Counted from the first letter of the stretch, positions 1-9,388 are shown. The stretch: DNA of 64,000 nucleotides from Bacteroidales bacterium Bact_08 (GCA_001603425.1 LUYZ01000008.1:7984-71983); one strand, 5' to 3'. Translations and numbers: made by a program. The notes: generated by a model not told the origin, from the sequence alone.

Positions 1-1
1 G

Positions 2-61
2 CTCAAAGATGGCCTTATTGAATCAGATGAGGTAAATGATAATCCAATAACTTATAATTAA
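2..61 (+). CDS. C-terminal fragment of a probable ABC transporter ATP-binding protein (5' truncated by window)
   Basis: Frame 2 reads LKDGLIESDEVNDNPITYN*; the LxDGxIxxD ending is typical of LolD/MacB-type ABC ATPases. Confidence 0.55.
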   Translation, partial: LKDGLIESDEVNDNPITYN

Positions 62-78
62 TAATTTAGATATAAAAC

Positions 79-615
79 ATGAAAGTATATACTAAGACTG
101 GAGATAAAGGAGAGACATCGTTGGTAGGTGGAACAAGAGTGAGAAAAGATGATCCCAGAGTAAATTCATATGGAAATGTTGATGAATTAATATCATATAT
201 TGCCCTTATTCGTGCTGAAACCACAGATAAACCATATTATAGCAATTTAAGAAAAATACAAGCTTGCTTAATGCTAGTAGCTGCACATTTGGCTGCCGAT
301 TCAAAAGGTTCTGAAAGATTAAAGAATTTGGAATACACAGAAATTGAATTTTTGGAGCAACAGATTGATGATATGACATCTAAACTTCCTCCTCAAACTG
401 CCTTTATTCTACCACAAGGGCCAAAAGAGGCCGCTTATTGTCATATTGCAAGAACTGTTTGTCGTAGAGCAGAAAGGTCATGTATATCTGTCATTTCGGA
501 ACCTAGACTAGAATACCCAATCAAGTATCTAAATCGACTTTCAGACTATCTTTTTGTCTATGGTCGCTACCTTGCAATGGATGCTGGTATTGGAGATGAT
601 TTTTGGATTCAATAG
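79..615 (+). CDS. PduO-type cob(I)alamin adenosyltransferase
   Basis: N-terminal KVYTKTGDKGETSL, YGNVDEL, ARTVCRRAER and YLNRLSDYLF motifs. Confidence 0.93.
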   Translation: MKVYTKTGDKGETSLVGGTRVRKDDPRVNSYGNVDELISYIALIRAETTDKPYYSNLRKIQACLMLVAAHLAADSKGSERLKNLEYTEIEFLEQQIDDMTSKLPPQTAFILPQGPKEAAYCHIARTVCRRAERSCISVISEPRLEYPIKYLNRLSDYLFVYGRYLAMDAGIGDDFWIQ

Positions 616-618
616 ATA

Positions 619-648
619 TTGAAATATTAAAAAAAATTACTATCTTCG
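619..648 (+). promoter_or_regulatory. Bacteroidota sigma-ABfr-type promoter for DUF2795-trkA
   Basis: TTG (619-621), 19-nt spacer, TATCTTCG (641-648; one mismatch to TAnnTTTG). Confidence 0.55.
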
Positions 649-700
649 CGAACTATTCACGTCTTTAAAGATAAGTACTTAACTATTAATATTTTACATT

Positions 701-922
701 ATGTATTGGACATTAGAACTAGCATCAAAATTGGAAGATGCACCATGGCCGGCTACAAAAGAGGAGTTAATTGATTACGCTACCAGATCTGGTGCACCAC
801 TTGAGGTTATAGAAAACCTTGAAGATCTGGAAGATGATGGAGAAATGTACGATAGCATTGAGGATATATGGCCAGATTATCCAAGTAAAGAGGATTTCTT
901 CTTCAACGAAGAGGAGTATTAA
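701..922 (+). CDS. DUF2795 family small acidic protein
   Basis: MYWTLELASKLEDAPWPATKEELIDYA is the highly conserved Bacteroidota DUF2795 sequence. Confidence 0.9.
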   Translation: MYWTLELASKLEDAPWPATKEELIDYATRSGAPLEVIENLEDLEDDGEMYDSIEDIWPDYPSKEDFFFNEEEY

Positions 923-931
923 TAAAAGAAT

Positions 932-2278
932 ATGAAAATAGTTATTGCAGGAGCTGGCCAGGTTGGAGGACATCTGGCAAAGATGCTAAGCAATGAATAT
1001 CACGATTTGACAATAATCGATAACGATGAGTCAAGATTGACTAGAGTTGCGGAGAGTTCAGATGTCTTAACGATATTTGGCTCTCCAACTTCTATTAAGA
1101 CGCTTTCTAATGCCGGCGTTGCCAAATCAGATCTCTTTATTGCAGTTAGTCCAGCACAAGAACAAGATGTTAATATTATTAGCGCACTTTTGGCTAAAAA
1201 AATGGGCAGTGCAAAAGTTACTGCCAGAATCAATAATGACGAGTATTTAGAGAGTGATAACAAGCTTCTATTCAAAGATATGGGGATAGACCTTTTATTC
1301 TATCCAGAAAAAATAGCCTCCCATGAAATTGTTGATCTATTAAAACAGACAGGTACTTCTGAGTTTATGGATTTCTCTGGAGGGAAATTACAACTAATTG
1401 TATTTCGTCTAGACGATGGTTCGCCACTTATTGACCGAACTATGGCTGATTATGTATCTACAGATACTCCAAAATATAGGGCAGTTGCTATTTCTAGAGA
1501 AGGTACCACAATTATTCCCAGAAGCTCTACAAGATTTAAATTACACGATCTTGTTTTTGTCATTTCGAAAAAAGAGTGTGTTAAAGAGCTCATGAGCTTT
1601 TCTGGGAAAGATAGTATTGATGTAAAAAGATTGATGATTGCAGGCGGAGGAAGAATAGGTGAGATGGTAGCAAAAAGAATGGAAAAAAGCCTAGATTATA
1701 TTAAACTGATAGAAAGGCGTAGAGATAGGTGTGATGTTTTAAACGAAAAGCTGAATAAAACATTGGTTATAAATGGAGATGCAAGAAATACCGATTTACT
1801 AATAGAAGAAGATGTAAATGATTTCGATGCTTTTGTGGCTGTAACAAGCAATTCAGAAACTAATATCCTATCTTGTGTAATGGCTAAAAAAATGGGAGTT
1901 CCAAATACTATCGCAGAGGTTGAGAATCTAGACTATATCAAGCTTGCCGAGAGTATGGGGGTAGATGCTGTCATAAATAAAAAAATTATTACTGCTAGTA
2001 GAATATTTAGATTTACACTTTCAAATAAAGTACAAGCTATTAAATGCCTAAATGGGTCTGATGCCGAGATTCTAGAATTTATAGCTAATCCTAATAGTTC
2101 TATTACCAAAGACCAAATAAAAAACATCGGATTTCCAAAAGATGCTATTATCGGCGGAATAATAAGAGGAAATCTAGGATTCATTGCTCTTGGTGACACA
2201 GAAGTCAAACCATACGATAGAGTTGTTGTTTTTGCTCTTCCATCGGCATTACGAAAGGTGAATAAGTTTTTTGAATAA
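932..2278 (+). CDS. trkA: Trk potassium uptake regulatory subunit TrkA
   Basis: 448 aa with two RCK/Rossmann motifs (IAGAGQVG, IAGGGRIG). Confidence 0.93.
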   Translation: MKIVIAGAGQVGGHLAKMLSNEYHDLTIIDNDESRLTRVAESSDVLTIFGSPTSIKTLSNAGVAKSDLFIAVSPAQEQDVNIISALLAKKMGSAKVTARINNDEYLESDNKLLFKDMGIDLLFYPEKIASHEIVDLLKQTGTSEFMDFSGGKLQLIVFRLDDGSPLIDRTMADYVSTDTPKYRAVAISREGTTIIPRSSTRFKLHDLVFVISKKECVKELMSFSGKDSIDVKRLMIAGGGRIGEMVAKRMEKSLDYIKLIERRRDRCDVLNEKLNKTLVINGDARNTDLLIEEDVNDFDAFVAVTSNSETNILSCVMAKKMGVPNTIAEVENLDYIKLAESMGVDAVINKKIITASRIFRFTLSNKVQAIKCLNGSDAEILEFIANPNSSITKDQIKNIGFPKDAIIGGIIRGNLGFIALGDTEVKPYDRVVVFALPSALRKVNKFFE

Positions 2279-2346
2279 CATCTCTCAGAAAAAACAATAT
2301 TTATTATAATTTTTAATAATTATTGGCAAATCATATTACAAATTAT

Positions 2347-2354
2347 TACCTTTG
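2347..2354 (+). promoter_or_regulatory. -7 promoter element for aspA
   Basis: TACCTTTG matches TAnnTTTG; TTG about 21 nt upstream. Confidence 0.6.
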
Positions 2355-2384
2355 CCGAATTATTTAAAAAAATCATAATCAGAT

Positions 2385-3815
2385 ATGGAGAGATTAAGAA
2401 TCAGTCCCAGTGGCAGATATCGTAAAGAGCATGATCTGCTAGGAGATAAAGATGTTCCTGTTGAAGCACTTTTTGGAGTGCAAACGCTAAGGTGTATTGA
2501 AAATTTTGATATAAGTAGAGATTATTTATCGGAATATCCTGAGTTTACAAAAGCTTTAGGTATTGTAAAGATGGGAGCAGTTCTTGCGAATCATCAATTA
2601 GGGCTGATCGATGATAACGTAAAAGACGCCATAGTAAAAGCATGTCAAGAGCTAATGGATGGAATGCACTTAGAGCATTTTCCTATTGATATGGTACAGG
2701 GCGGAGCTGGTACAAGTGTAAATATGAATGCAAATGAAGTTATTGCTAATAGAGCACTTGAAATTATGGGGAAAGAGAGAGGTCAATACCAATTCTGCAG
2801 CCCTAATGACCATGTAAATATGGCTCAATCCACAAATGATGCATATCCTAGTGCTATGCATATCGGGTTATACCTAACTCATTTCCAAGTTAGAGAAGCT
2901 TTAGAAAAATTAATACAGTCTTTTAGGAATAAAGAGGAGGAGTTTGCTAACATTATTAAAATGGGTCGAACTCAACTTCAAGATGCTGTTCCAATGACTT
3001 TAGGACAGAGTTTTGGTGCATATGCATCTGCAATGACTCATGAGCTTCAGAGACTAGAGATTGCAGCTAAAGAGTTTTTATATATCAATATGGGAGCTAC
3101 TGCTATTGGAACAGGTATTACTGCAGAGCCTGGTTATGCAGAGGCTTGTATTAAATACATACGAGAAATTACTGGTTGGGACATTAAACTTTCTGACAAT
3201 TTAATTGAAGCAACACATGATACATCATGTATGGTTGCATATGCATCTGCACTTAAGATGATCGCTATTAGAATGTCAAAAATATGTAACGATCTAAGAC
3301 TTCTATCATCTGGCCCAAGAACAGGTATTGCAGAGATTAGTCTACCTCCAAAACAACCTGGTTCATCAATTATGCCGGGAAAAGTAAATCCTGTTATTCC
3401 AGAAGTTGTCAATCAAGTATGTTTTAAAGTAATTGGTAACGAGCTAACAGTTTGCCTTGCATCTGAAGCTGCACAGTTGGAGTTAAATGTTATGGAGCCT
3501 GTTATGGTTCAAAGCATTGTTCAGTCTAGTGACTGGCTAATTAGAGCATTTGATACTCTAAGAATAGAGTGTATAGATGGAATTAAAGCGAATCCAGATC
3601 ATTGTAAACACATGGTTGAGCACTCTATTGGTATTGTTACAGCTCTAAAACCATTTATTGGATATTCAAAAAGTACAGAGATTGCTAAAGAAGCACTAGA
3701 AACAGGTGGTAGTGTATATCAGTTAGTTGTAGAAAAAGGACTTTTAACAAAAGAGCAATTAGATACAATTATGGATCCTAAACATATGATCAAACCAACA
3801 AAAATAAAATTATAA
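2385..3815 (+). CDS. aspA: Aspartate ammonia-lyase
   Basis: QGGAGTSVNMNANE, GRTQLQDAVP and the GSSIMPGKVNP signature. Confidence 0.93.
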   Translation: MERLRISPSGRYRKEHDLLGDKDVPVEALFGVQTLRCIENFDISRDYLSEYPEFTKALGIVKMGAVLANHQLGLIDDNVKDAIVKACQELMDGMHLEHFPIDMVQGGAGTSVNMNANEVIANRALEIMGKERGQYQFCSPNDHVNMAQSTNDAYPSAMHIGLYLTHFQVREALEKLIQSFRNKEEEFANIIKMGRTQLQDAVPMTLGQSFGAYASAMTHELQRLEIAAKEFLYINMGATAIGTGITAEPGYAEACIKYIREITGWDIKLSDNLIEATHDTSCMVAYASALKMIAIRMSKICNDLRLLSSGPRTGIAEISLPPKQPGSSIMPGKVNPVIPEVVNQVCFKVIGNELTVCLASEAAQLELNVMEPVMVQSIVQSSDWLIRAFDTLRIECIDGIKANPDHCKHMVEHSIGIVTALKPFIGYSKSTEIAKEALETGGSVYQLVVEKGLLTKEQLDTIMDPKHMIKPTKIKL

Positions 3816-3837
3816 TTACAATATTAACTGTCTTATT

Positions 3838-3870
3838 AGAGGCTGCCAATTATTTTGGTAGCCTTTATTA
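3838..3870 (+). terminator. Intrinsic terminator after aspA
   Basis: AGAGGCTGCCAA / TTGGTAGCCTTT stem (with G-U pairs) and a T/A-rich tail. Confidence 0.65.
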
Positions 3871-3910
3871 TTATAAATAAAGCACATCACAAAATATAGT
3901 TACAAATATC

Positions 3911-3918
3911 TATCTTTG
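3911..3918 (+). promoter_or_regulatory. -7 promoter element 4 nt before the ABC-F start codon
   Basis: TATCTTTG-CAAA-ATG. Confidence 0.65.
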
Positions 3919-3922
3919 CAAA

Positions 3923-5812
3923 ATGGCAACTATACTACAAGCGACAAAATTAAGCAAAAGCTACGGAACAAAAATCCTTTTTAAAGACTTAGATCTAAAT
4001 ATAAATCAGGGAGATAAGGTGGCACTTATAGCTCCAAATGGTACTGGAAAAAGCTCTTTACTCAAAATAATAGCAGGAAAGGATAGCACAGATATAAATG
4101 CAAATGGAGAACCTGGTTCAATTCAGATCTTTAGTACAAATGGTATTGCATTTTTAGAACAAGAACCTAATTTTGATCTTGACAACTCTGTATTTGAAGA
4201 GGTATATACAGGCGATAACGAATTATCCAGAACAACGGCACAATATGAACGGGCAATTTTAAGCGGAAATCCGAATGAATTAGAAAAGGCTATTGCCCAT
4301 ATGGATAGAGTTGATGGTTGGCAATATGAATTAAAGATTAAACAGATTCTTAGCTCTCTAAACATTCCAGATTTGAATCAAAAAATGAATCAACTATCGG
4401 GAGGTCAGAAAAAGAGGGTTGCTCTAGCAAAGATGATGATTAACCAATCCGATTTTATTGTTTTAGACGAACCCACAAATCATTTAGATCTTGAGACAAT
4501 TGAATATTTGGAAGAATATCTAAAAAGAGGAAAGATGAGCATATTGATGGTTACCCATGATAGATATTTTTTAGATAGAGTTTGTAATAAAATTATAGAA
4601 TTAGATAGAGGAGAGATATTCACATATAATGGAAATTACTCATATTTTCTAGAAAAAAAGAGAGAGAGAATAGAGATATTTAATATAGAAACTGAAAGAG
4701 CAAAGAACTTATATAAAACTGAGCTTGACTGGATGAGAAGAATGCCTCAAGCTAGGGCAACCAAAGCAAAATATAGAATCAATGCCTTCTACGATTTACA
4801 AGAGAGAGCTCATCAAAAAATTGATCAGAAAGAGGTTCAGATTGACACATTTACAGCCAGATTGGGGAGTAAAATTATTAACTGCAAAAACGTATCTCAC
4901 AATTATGGATCAATTATCACATTGAATAATTTTACATACAATTTTGCCAAAGGCGAAAAAATTGGACTTGTAGGCCCAAATGGAGTTGGGAAATCTACTT
5001 TTTTAGAGATTATTACATCAAGTTTAAAGCCATCTAGCGGCACAATCGACCTAGGAGAAACCGTTGTTTTTGGATTTTACAGACAAAATGGACTATCATT
5101 TAATGAAGGTGATACTGTTATAGATGCAGTAAGAGATATTGCAGAAGTTGTAACAATGTCAGACGGGTCTACAATTAATGTAAGCCAAATTTTAAGCCGA
5201 TTTCTTTTCCCACATTCAATGCACAACACAAAAATTGGTAAACTAAGTGGAGGTGAGAAAAGAAGATTATACTTAGTAACTGTTCTAATGAAAAATCCAA
5301 ATTTCTTAATTTTAGACGAGCCTACTAATGACCTAGATATTATGACACTAAATATTCTAGAAGAGTATTTGGAGAACTTTGCTGGCTGTGCAATTATTGT
5401 GTCTCATGACAGATATTTTTTGGATAAAACAGTTGATCACCTATTTATTTTTGAAGGAGATGGAGTTATTAAAGATTTTGTTGGAAAGTATAGTGAGTAT
5501 CGAGACTATATAAAGCAATCAACAAAAGAGGCAGAAAATAATAGTCAGAATTCCAATCAAAAGAGAGACTCATATAACTCTCAAAAAGAGATAAAGCAAA
5601 AGCTAACCTACAAAGAGAAAATAGAATTAGCACACTTAGAAGAGGAAATTGAGGCTCTTCAAAAAGAGAAGAGCAGCCTTGAGGCCGCTCTATCAAATAG
5701 TTCTGAGTTTAATTCAGATCAACTTACAGAAATTTCCAATAAATACTCGATACTTTTAGAAGATTTAGATAATAAAGAGTTTAGATGGTTAGAACTTTCC
5801 GAAAAAAATTAA
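3923..5812 (+). CDS. ABC-F family ATPase, Uup-like
   Basis: Two ABC cassettes (NGTGKS/LSGGQ/LDEPTNHLD; NGVGKS/LSGGE/LDEPTNDLD), no TM segments, C-terminal coiled-coil ending RWLEL. Confidence 0.9.
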   Translation: MATILQATKLSKSYGTKILFKDLDLNINQGDKVALIAPNGTGKSSLLKIIAGKDSTDINANGEPGSIQIFSTNGIAFLEQEPNFDLDNSVFEEVYTGDNELSRTTAQYERAILSGNPNELEKAIAHMDRVDGWQYELKIKQILSSLNIPDLNQKMNQLSGGQKKRVALAKMMINQSDFIVLDEPTNHLDLETIEYLEEYLKRGKMSILMVTHDRYFLDRVCNKIIELDRGEIFTYNGNYSYFLEKKRERIEIFNIETERAKNLYKTELDWMRRMPQARATKAKYRINAFYDLQERAHQKIDQKEVQIDTFTARLGSKIINCKNVSHNYGSIITLNNFTYNFAKGEKIGLVGPNGVGKSTFLEIITSSLKPSSGTIDLGETVVFGFYRQNGLSFNEGDTVIDAVRDIAEVVTMSDGSTINVSQILSRFLFPHSMHNTKIGKLSGGEKRRLYLVTVLMKNPNFLILDEPTNDLDIMTLNILEEYLENFAGCAIIVSHDRYFLDKTVDHLFIFEGDGVIKDFVGKYSEYRDYIKQSTKEAENNSQNSNQKRDSYNSQKEIKQKLTYKEKIELAHLEEEIEALQKEKSSLEAALSNSSEFNSDQLTEISNKYSILLEDLDNKEFRWLELSEKN

Positions 5813-7488
5813 TCTTTCATTAATTTTTTATATTTAAATCTCTTAGGCTCAACATTACCCAGTCTCATTTTCTTATTCTCCTCATATTCCGAATATGTCC
5901 CTTCAAAAAAGTAAACTTTTGAATCACCCTCAAATGCAAGGATATGAGTACATATTCTATCTAAGAACCATCTATCATGTGAAATAATTACAGCACAACC
6001 TGCAAAATTCTCCAATCCCTCTTCAAGAGCTCTGATAGTATTCACATCCACGTCATTGGTAGGCTCATCAAGCAATAAAACATTGGCTTCTTCCTTTAAA
6101 GTCAATGCTAAGTGAAGTCTATTTCTCTCTCCACCACTCAATACTCCACATTTTTTCTCTTGATCTGCCCCTGAAAAATTAAATCTAGAGACATAAGCTC
6201 TTGCATTAACCTCTTTATTTCCCAATTTAACAAACTCCGAGTCTTTAGCAATAGTCTGATAAACTGTTTTATCTGGATCAATGGTTCTATGTTGTTGATC
6301 TACATAAGCAACTTTAACTGTTTCTCCAATAGTAAAAGATCCACTATCTGGAGAATCATAGCCCATTATTAATCTAAAAAGTGTGGTTTTACCGACACCA
6401 TTAGGTCCAATAACTCCTACAATACCAGCTGGGGGCAATTTAAAATTGAGATTTTCATACAACACTCTGTCTCCAAAACCTTTGGACACACCAATAGCCT
6501 CAATAACATTATTCCCTAAACGAGGACCATTTGGAATAAAAATCTCCAATCTCTCCTCTTTTTGACGTCCATCTTCATTTAACATCTTTTCGTAAGCCGA
6601 TAGACGAGCTTTTGATTTTGCCTGCCTAGCTTTAGGAGACATCCTCACCCACTCCAACTCTCTTTCCAGAGTTTTTCTTCTTTTACTCTCCTGTTTCTCC
6701 TCTTGTTGCAAACGAATAGCCTTTTGATCTAGCCAAGAAGAGTAATTGCCTTTCCAAGGAATTCCCTCTCCTCGATCCAATTCCAATATCCAGCCAGCTA
6801 CATTATCTAGAAAATATCTATCATGTGTTACAGCTATAACTGTTCCTTTATATTGCTGAAGATGCGCTTCTAGCCACTGAATACTCTCTGTATCTAAATG
6901 GTTAGTTGGCTCATCTAGTAGAAGAACATCTGGCTCTTTTAATAATAACCTACATAAAGCTACTCGTCTTCTCTCTCCGCCGCTCAAATTCTTAACTAAA
7001 GCATCTGGTTCTGGGCACATTAGAGCATCCATAGCCCTTTCTAATTTTGAATCCAGCTCCCAGCCATTTGCCTGCTCAATCTTATCGGTCAACTCCCCCT
7101 GATACTCTATGAGTTTATTCATCTCATCGTCTGTCATAGGCTCCATAAATTTAGCATTGACAGCTTCGTACTCTCTCATCAAATTAACTACCTCAATAAC
7201 CCCCTCTTCTACAATCTCTTTAACTGTTTTAGTTTCATCCAAGTCTGGTTCTTGCTCAAGATAACCCACACTATAACCTGGAGCCCAAACAACTTCTCCC
7301 TGGAAAGATTTCTCAATACCAGCAATTATTTTCATTAAGGTAGATTTACCAGAACCATTAAGTCCAATAATACCTATTTTTGCTCCATAAAAAAAAGACA
7401 AATAGATATCCTTAAGGATAGCTTTATTATTATTAGGCAGGATCTTACCTACCCCATTCATAGAAAAAATAATCTTCTCGTCGGCCAT
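5809..7488 (-). CDS. ettA: Energy-dependent translational throttle protein EttA (ABC-F)
   Basis: ILKDIYLSFFYGAKIG N-terminus, LELDRGEGIPWKGNYSSWL, ARQAKSKARL linker, SGGERNRLHLA. Confidence 0.93.
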   Translation of the reverse strand: MADEKIIFSMNGVGKILPNNNKAILKDIYLSFFYGAKIGIIGLNGSGKSTLMKIIAGIEKSFQGEVVWAPGYSVGYLEQEPDLDETKTVKEIVEEGVIEVVNLMREYEAVNAKFMEPMTDDEMNKLIEYQGELTDKIEQANGWELDSKLERAMDALMCPEPDALVKNLSGGERRRVALCRLLLKEPDVLLLDEPTNHLDTESIQWLEAHLQQYKGTVIAVTHDRYFLDNVAGWILELDRGEGIPWKGNYSSWLDQKAIRLQQEEKQESKRRKTLERELEWVRMSPKARQAKSKARLSAYEKMLNEDGRQKEERLEIFIPNGPRLGNNVIEAIGVSKGFGDRVLYENLNFKLPPAGIVGVIGPNGVGKTTLFRLIMGYDSPDSGSFTIGETVKVAYVDQQHRTIDPDKTVYQTIAKDSEFVKLGNKEVNARAYVSRFNFSGADQEKKCGVLSGGERNRLHLALTLKEEANVLLLDEPTNDVDVNTIRALEEGLENFAGCAVIISHDRWFLDRICTHILAFEGDSKVYFFEGTYSEYEENKKMRLGNVEPKRFKYKKLMKD

Positions 7489-7511
7489 ATTTATATATTA
7501 AATTACACCTG

Positions 7512-7519
7512 CAAAGATA
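7512..7519 (-). promoter_or_regulatory. -7 promoter element for ettA
   Basis: CAAAGATA on + equals TATCTTTG on -. Confidence 0.6.
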
Positions 7520-7522
7520 GTA

Positions 7523-8797
7523 TTAATTTTGCACTCCCAACCTATTGAGCATTTCCTCTATATATATCTGAGATATCAATGAATCCTTTAAATAGTTATA
7601 CCTTACCACACTCTCTCTAAATAACTCTAGATTCTCCTTTTTAATTGGATCTGCAGGAGGAGATTCCATCGTTAATGGATTGATTGGAGTTCCATTTTTC
7701 CAAACTCTAAAGTCTAAATGAGGCCCAGTGGATACACCTGTACTACCGACATAACCAATCACCTCTCCTTGCCTCACTCTCTTTCCAACGGTTAATCCAG
7801 ATGCAAATCTTGATAGATGTAAATATGCTGTTGTATATGTACTATTATGTCTAATTTTTACAGTATTACCCCCTGCTCCAACATAAGCTCTTTGAATCAC
7901 AACTCCATCACCAATACTCATTACTGGAGTACCTGCAGGAGCAGCGTAATCAACACCTGTATGTGGTCTTACAACACGAGTTACAGGGTGTCTTCTTGAA
8001 TATGTAAAACCAGAAGATATCCTAGTAAAGTTTAAAGGGGCCTTCAAAAATGCCTTTTTTAAATTCTCTCCTTTTGAGTTCCAATATTGAGGCGTCTCAT
8101 CTTGCACAAATCTAAATGCATCATAATCTCTACCCGCATGATTAAAATTGGCACTGTATATTGTCCCAATATCAAAAAAATTATCTCCAATATAAAGCTC
8201 TTCATACAAAACTGAGAAATGATCTCCTGCCCTCAAACCAAAGAAGTCAATAGACCAAGCATATAAGTCAGATAGTTTTATAGCCAATTGAGTACTTAAT
8301 CCTGCTCTCTGCATATCCACCCATAAAGAAGAGGTGATTGTTGCTGATGAATATCGTAATCTTCTTTCAATATCCCTCTCAATTATACTTACATAAACAC
8401 TATCATGTAAAGAGAAGACTACAAAAGATCTCTTAGAGTGCTCATAAACTAAATAGGCTAAATCTTTTGCTTCATTATTTTGATAATAAGCCCTATATGG
8501 ATTCCCAATTCTAATATTTCTAAGATCAAAAACACCCTTGGACTTATCCATTAACTGCTGAGATTGAGCAGTTGTTGCACCTAATCTTAAAATAAGTGAT
8601 CCAAAAACATCACCACGTTTAATTTGCCCCTCTATCTCTTCAAAATCAGAAGTGTTAAAACCAAGTTCATAATTTTCTACAACCACTTCTTGTTCTACCT
8701 CCTGTTGTACACTCTCACTACAAGAGCTCAATAATACGCTAGAAAACAAATAGATACTTAAAATAATAAATACTTTAAACCACAGATTTTTCATCAT
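7523..8797 (-). CDS. M23 family peptidoglycan DD-endopeptidase (MepM-like), possible lipoprotein
   Basis: HTGVDYAAP (HxxxD), YLHLS, STGPHLDF; N-terminal hydrophobic stretch ending LLSSC. Confidence 0.88.
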   Translation of the reverse strand: MMKNLWFKVFIILSIYLFSSVLLSSCSESVQQEVEQEVVVENYELGFNTSDFEEIEGQIKRGDVFGSLILRLGATTAQSQQLMDKSKGVFDLRNIRIGNPYRAYYQNNEAKDLAYLVYEHSKRSFVVFSLHDSVYVSIIERDIERRLRYSSATITSSLWVDMQRAGLSTQLAIKLSDLYAWSIDFFGLRAGDHFSVLYEELYIGDNFFDIGTIYSANFNHAGRDYDAFRFVQDETPQYWNSKGENLKKAFLKAPLNFTRISSGFTYSRRHPVTRVVRPHTGVDYAAPAGTPVMSIGDGVVIQRAYVGAGGNTVKIRHNSTYTTAYLHLSRFASGLTVGKRVRQGEVIGYVGSTGVSTGPHLDFRVWKNGTPINPLTMESPPADPIKKENLELFRESVVRYNYLKDSLISQIYIEEMLNRLGVQN

Positions 8798-8816
8798 TTA
8801 TTTTTCACTTTTTTTT

Positions 8817-8824
8817 CGAAGATA
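8817..8824 (-). promoter_or_regulatory. -7 promoter element for the M23 peptidase
   Basis: CGAAGATA on + equals TATCTTCG on -, the same variant as at 641. Confidence 0.5.
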
Positions 8825-8852
8825 ATTATAAAAATCGTAGTGTTAATAAAAT

Positions 8853-8890
8853 TGTGGTAATTTTTGTAAAAAAATGTAAAAAAGTGGAAA
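8853..8890 (+). promoter_or_regulatory. Putative MraZ binding repeats (dcw box)
   Basis: Four TG-centred units at exact 10-bp period: GTGG 8854, TTGT 8864, ATGT 8874, GTGG 8884, upstream of mraZ. Confidence 0.6.
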
Positions 8891-8898
8891 ACATTCTT

Positions 8899-8906
8899 TA
8901 AATTTG
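8899..8906 (+). promoter_or_regulatory. -7 promoter element for the dcw operon
   Basis: TAAATTTG 35 nt upstream of the mraZ ATG. Confidence 0.6.
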
Positions 8907-8941
8907 CTTTGGGATTATATAGTGTAAAAATTGAGGTCAAA

Positions 8942-9388
8942 ATGGTAAAATTTATAGGAGAATTTAGCGCAAAAATTGACGACAAAGGGAGAATGGTTTT
9001 TCCCTCTGCGCTCAAGTCTCTTATAAACAACCCTCAAGAATGCAACTTTGTAATTAAAAAAGACTTATTCTTCAATTGTTTAGAGATGTACACCTATGAT
9101 GAATGGACTAGACAATCAGAAGATGTTAAATCTCGTCTTAATTTTTTCAACAAAGAACACGCTCTATTTTGGAGAGAATATATGAGAGATAGAGCTATAG
9201 TATCTCCCGATGAAAAATTTGGAAGAATCTCCATCCCTAAAAAGTTACTAGACGAAATAGGAGCAATTAAAGAGATTGTTTTTGTTGGTTGCGATCACAA
9301 AATAGAAATCTGGTCAAAAGAGGCTTACGAGAAAGAAAGATTAGATAGCGGATCTTACAGCTTATTGGCACAGAGAATTTTAGGTTAA
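8942..9388 (+). CDS. mraZ: Transcriptional regulator MraZ
   Basis: FIGEFSAKIDDKGR and GRISIP motifs, first gene of dcw; ATG 8942 preferred over the upstream TTG. Confidence 0.92.
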   Translation: MVKFIGEFSAKIDDKGRMVFPSALKSLINNPQECNFVIKKDLFFNCLEMYTYDEWTRQSEDVKSRLNFFNKEHALFWREYMRDRAIVSPDEKFGRISIPKKLLDEIGAIKEIVFVGCDHKIEIWSKEAYEKERLDSGSYSLLAQRILG

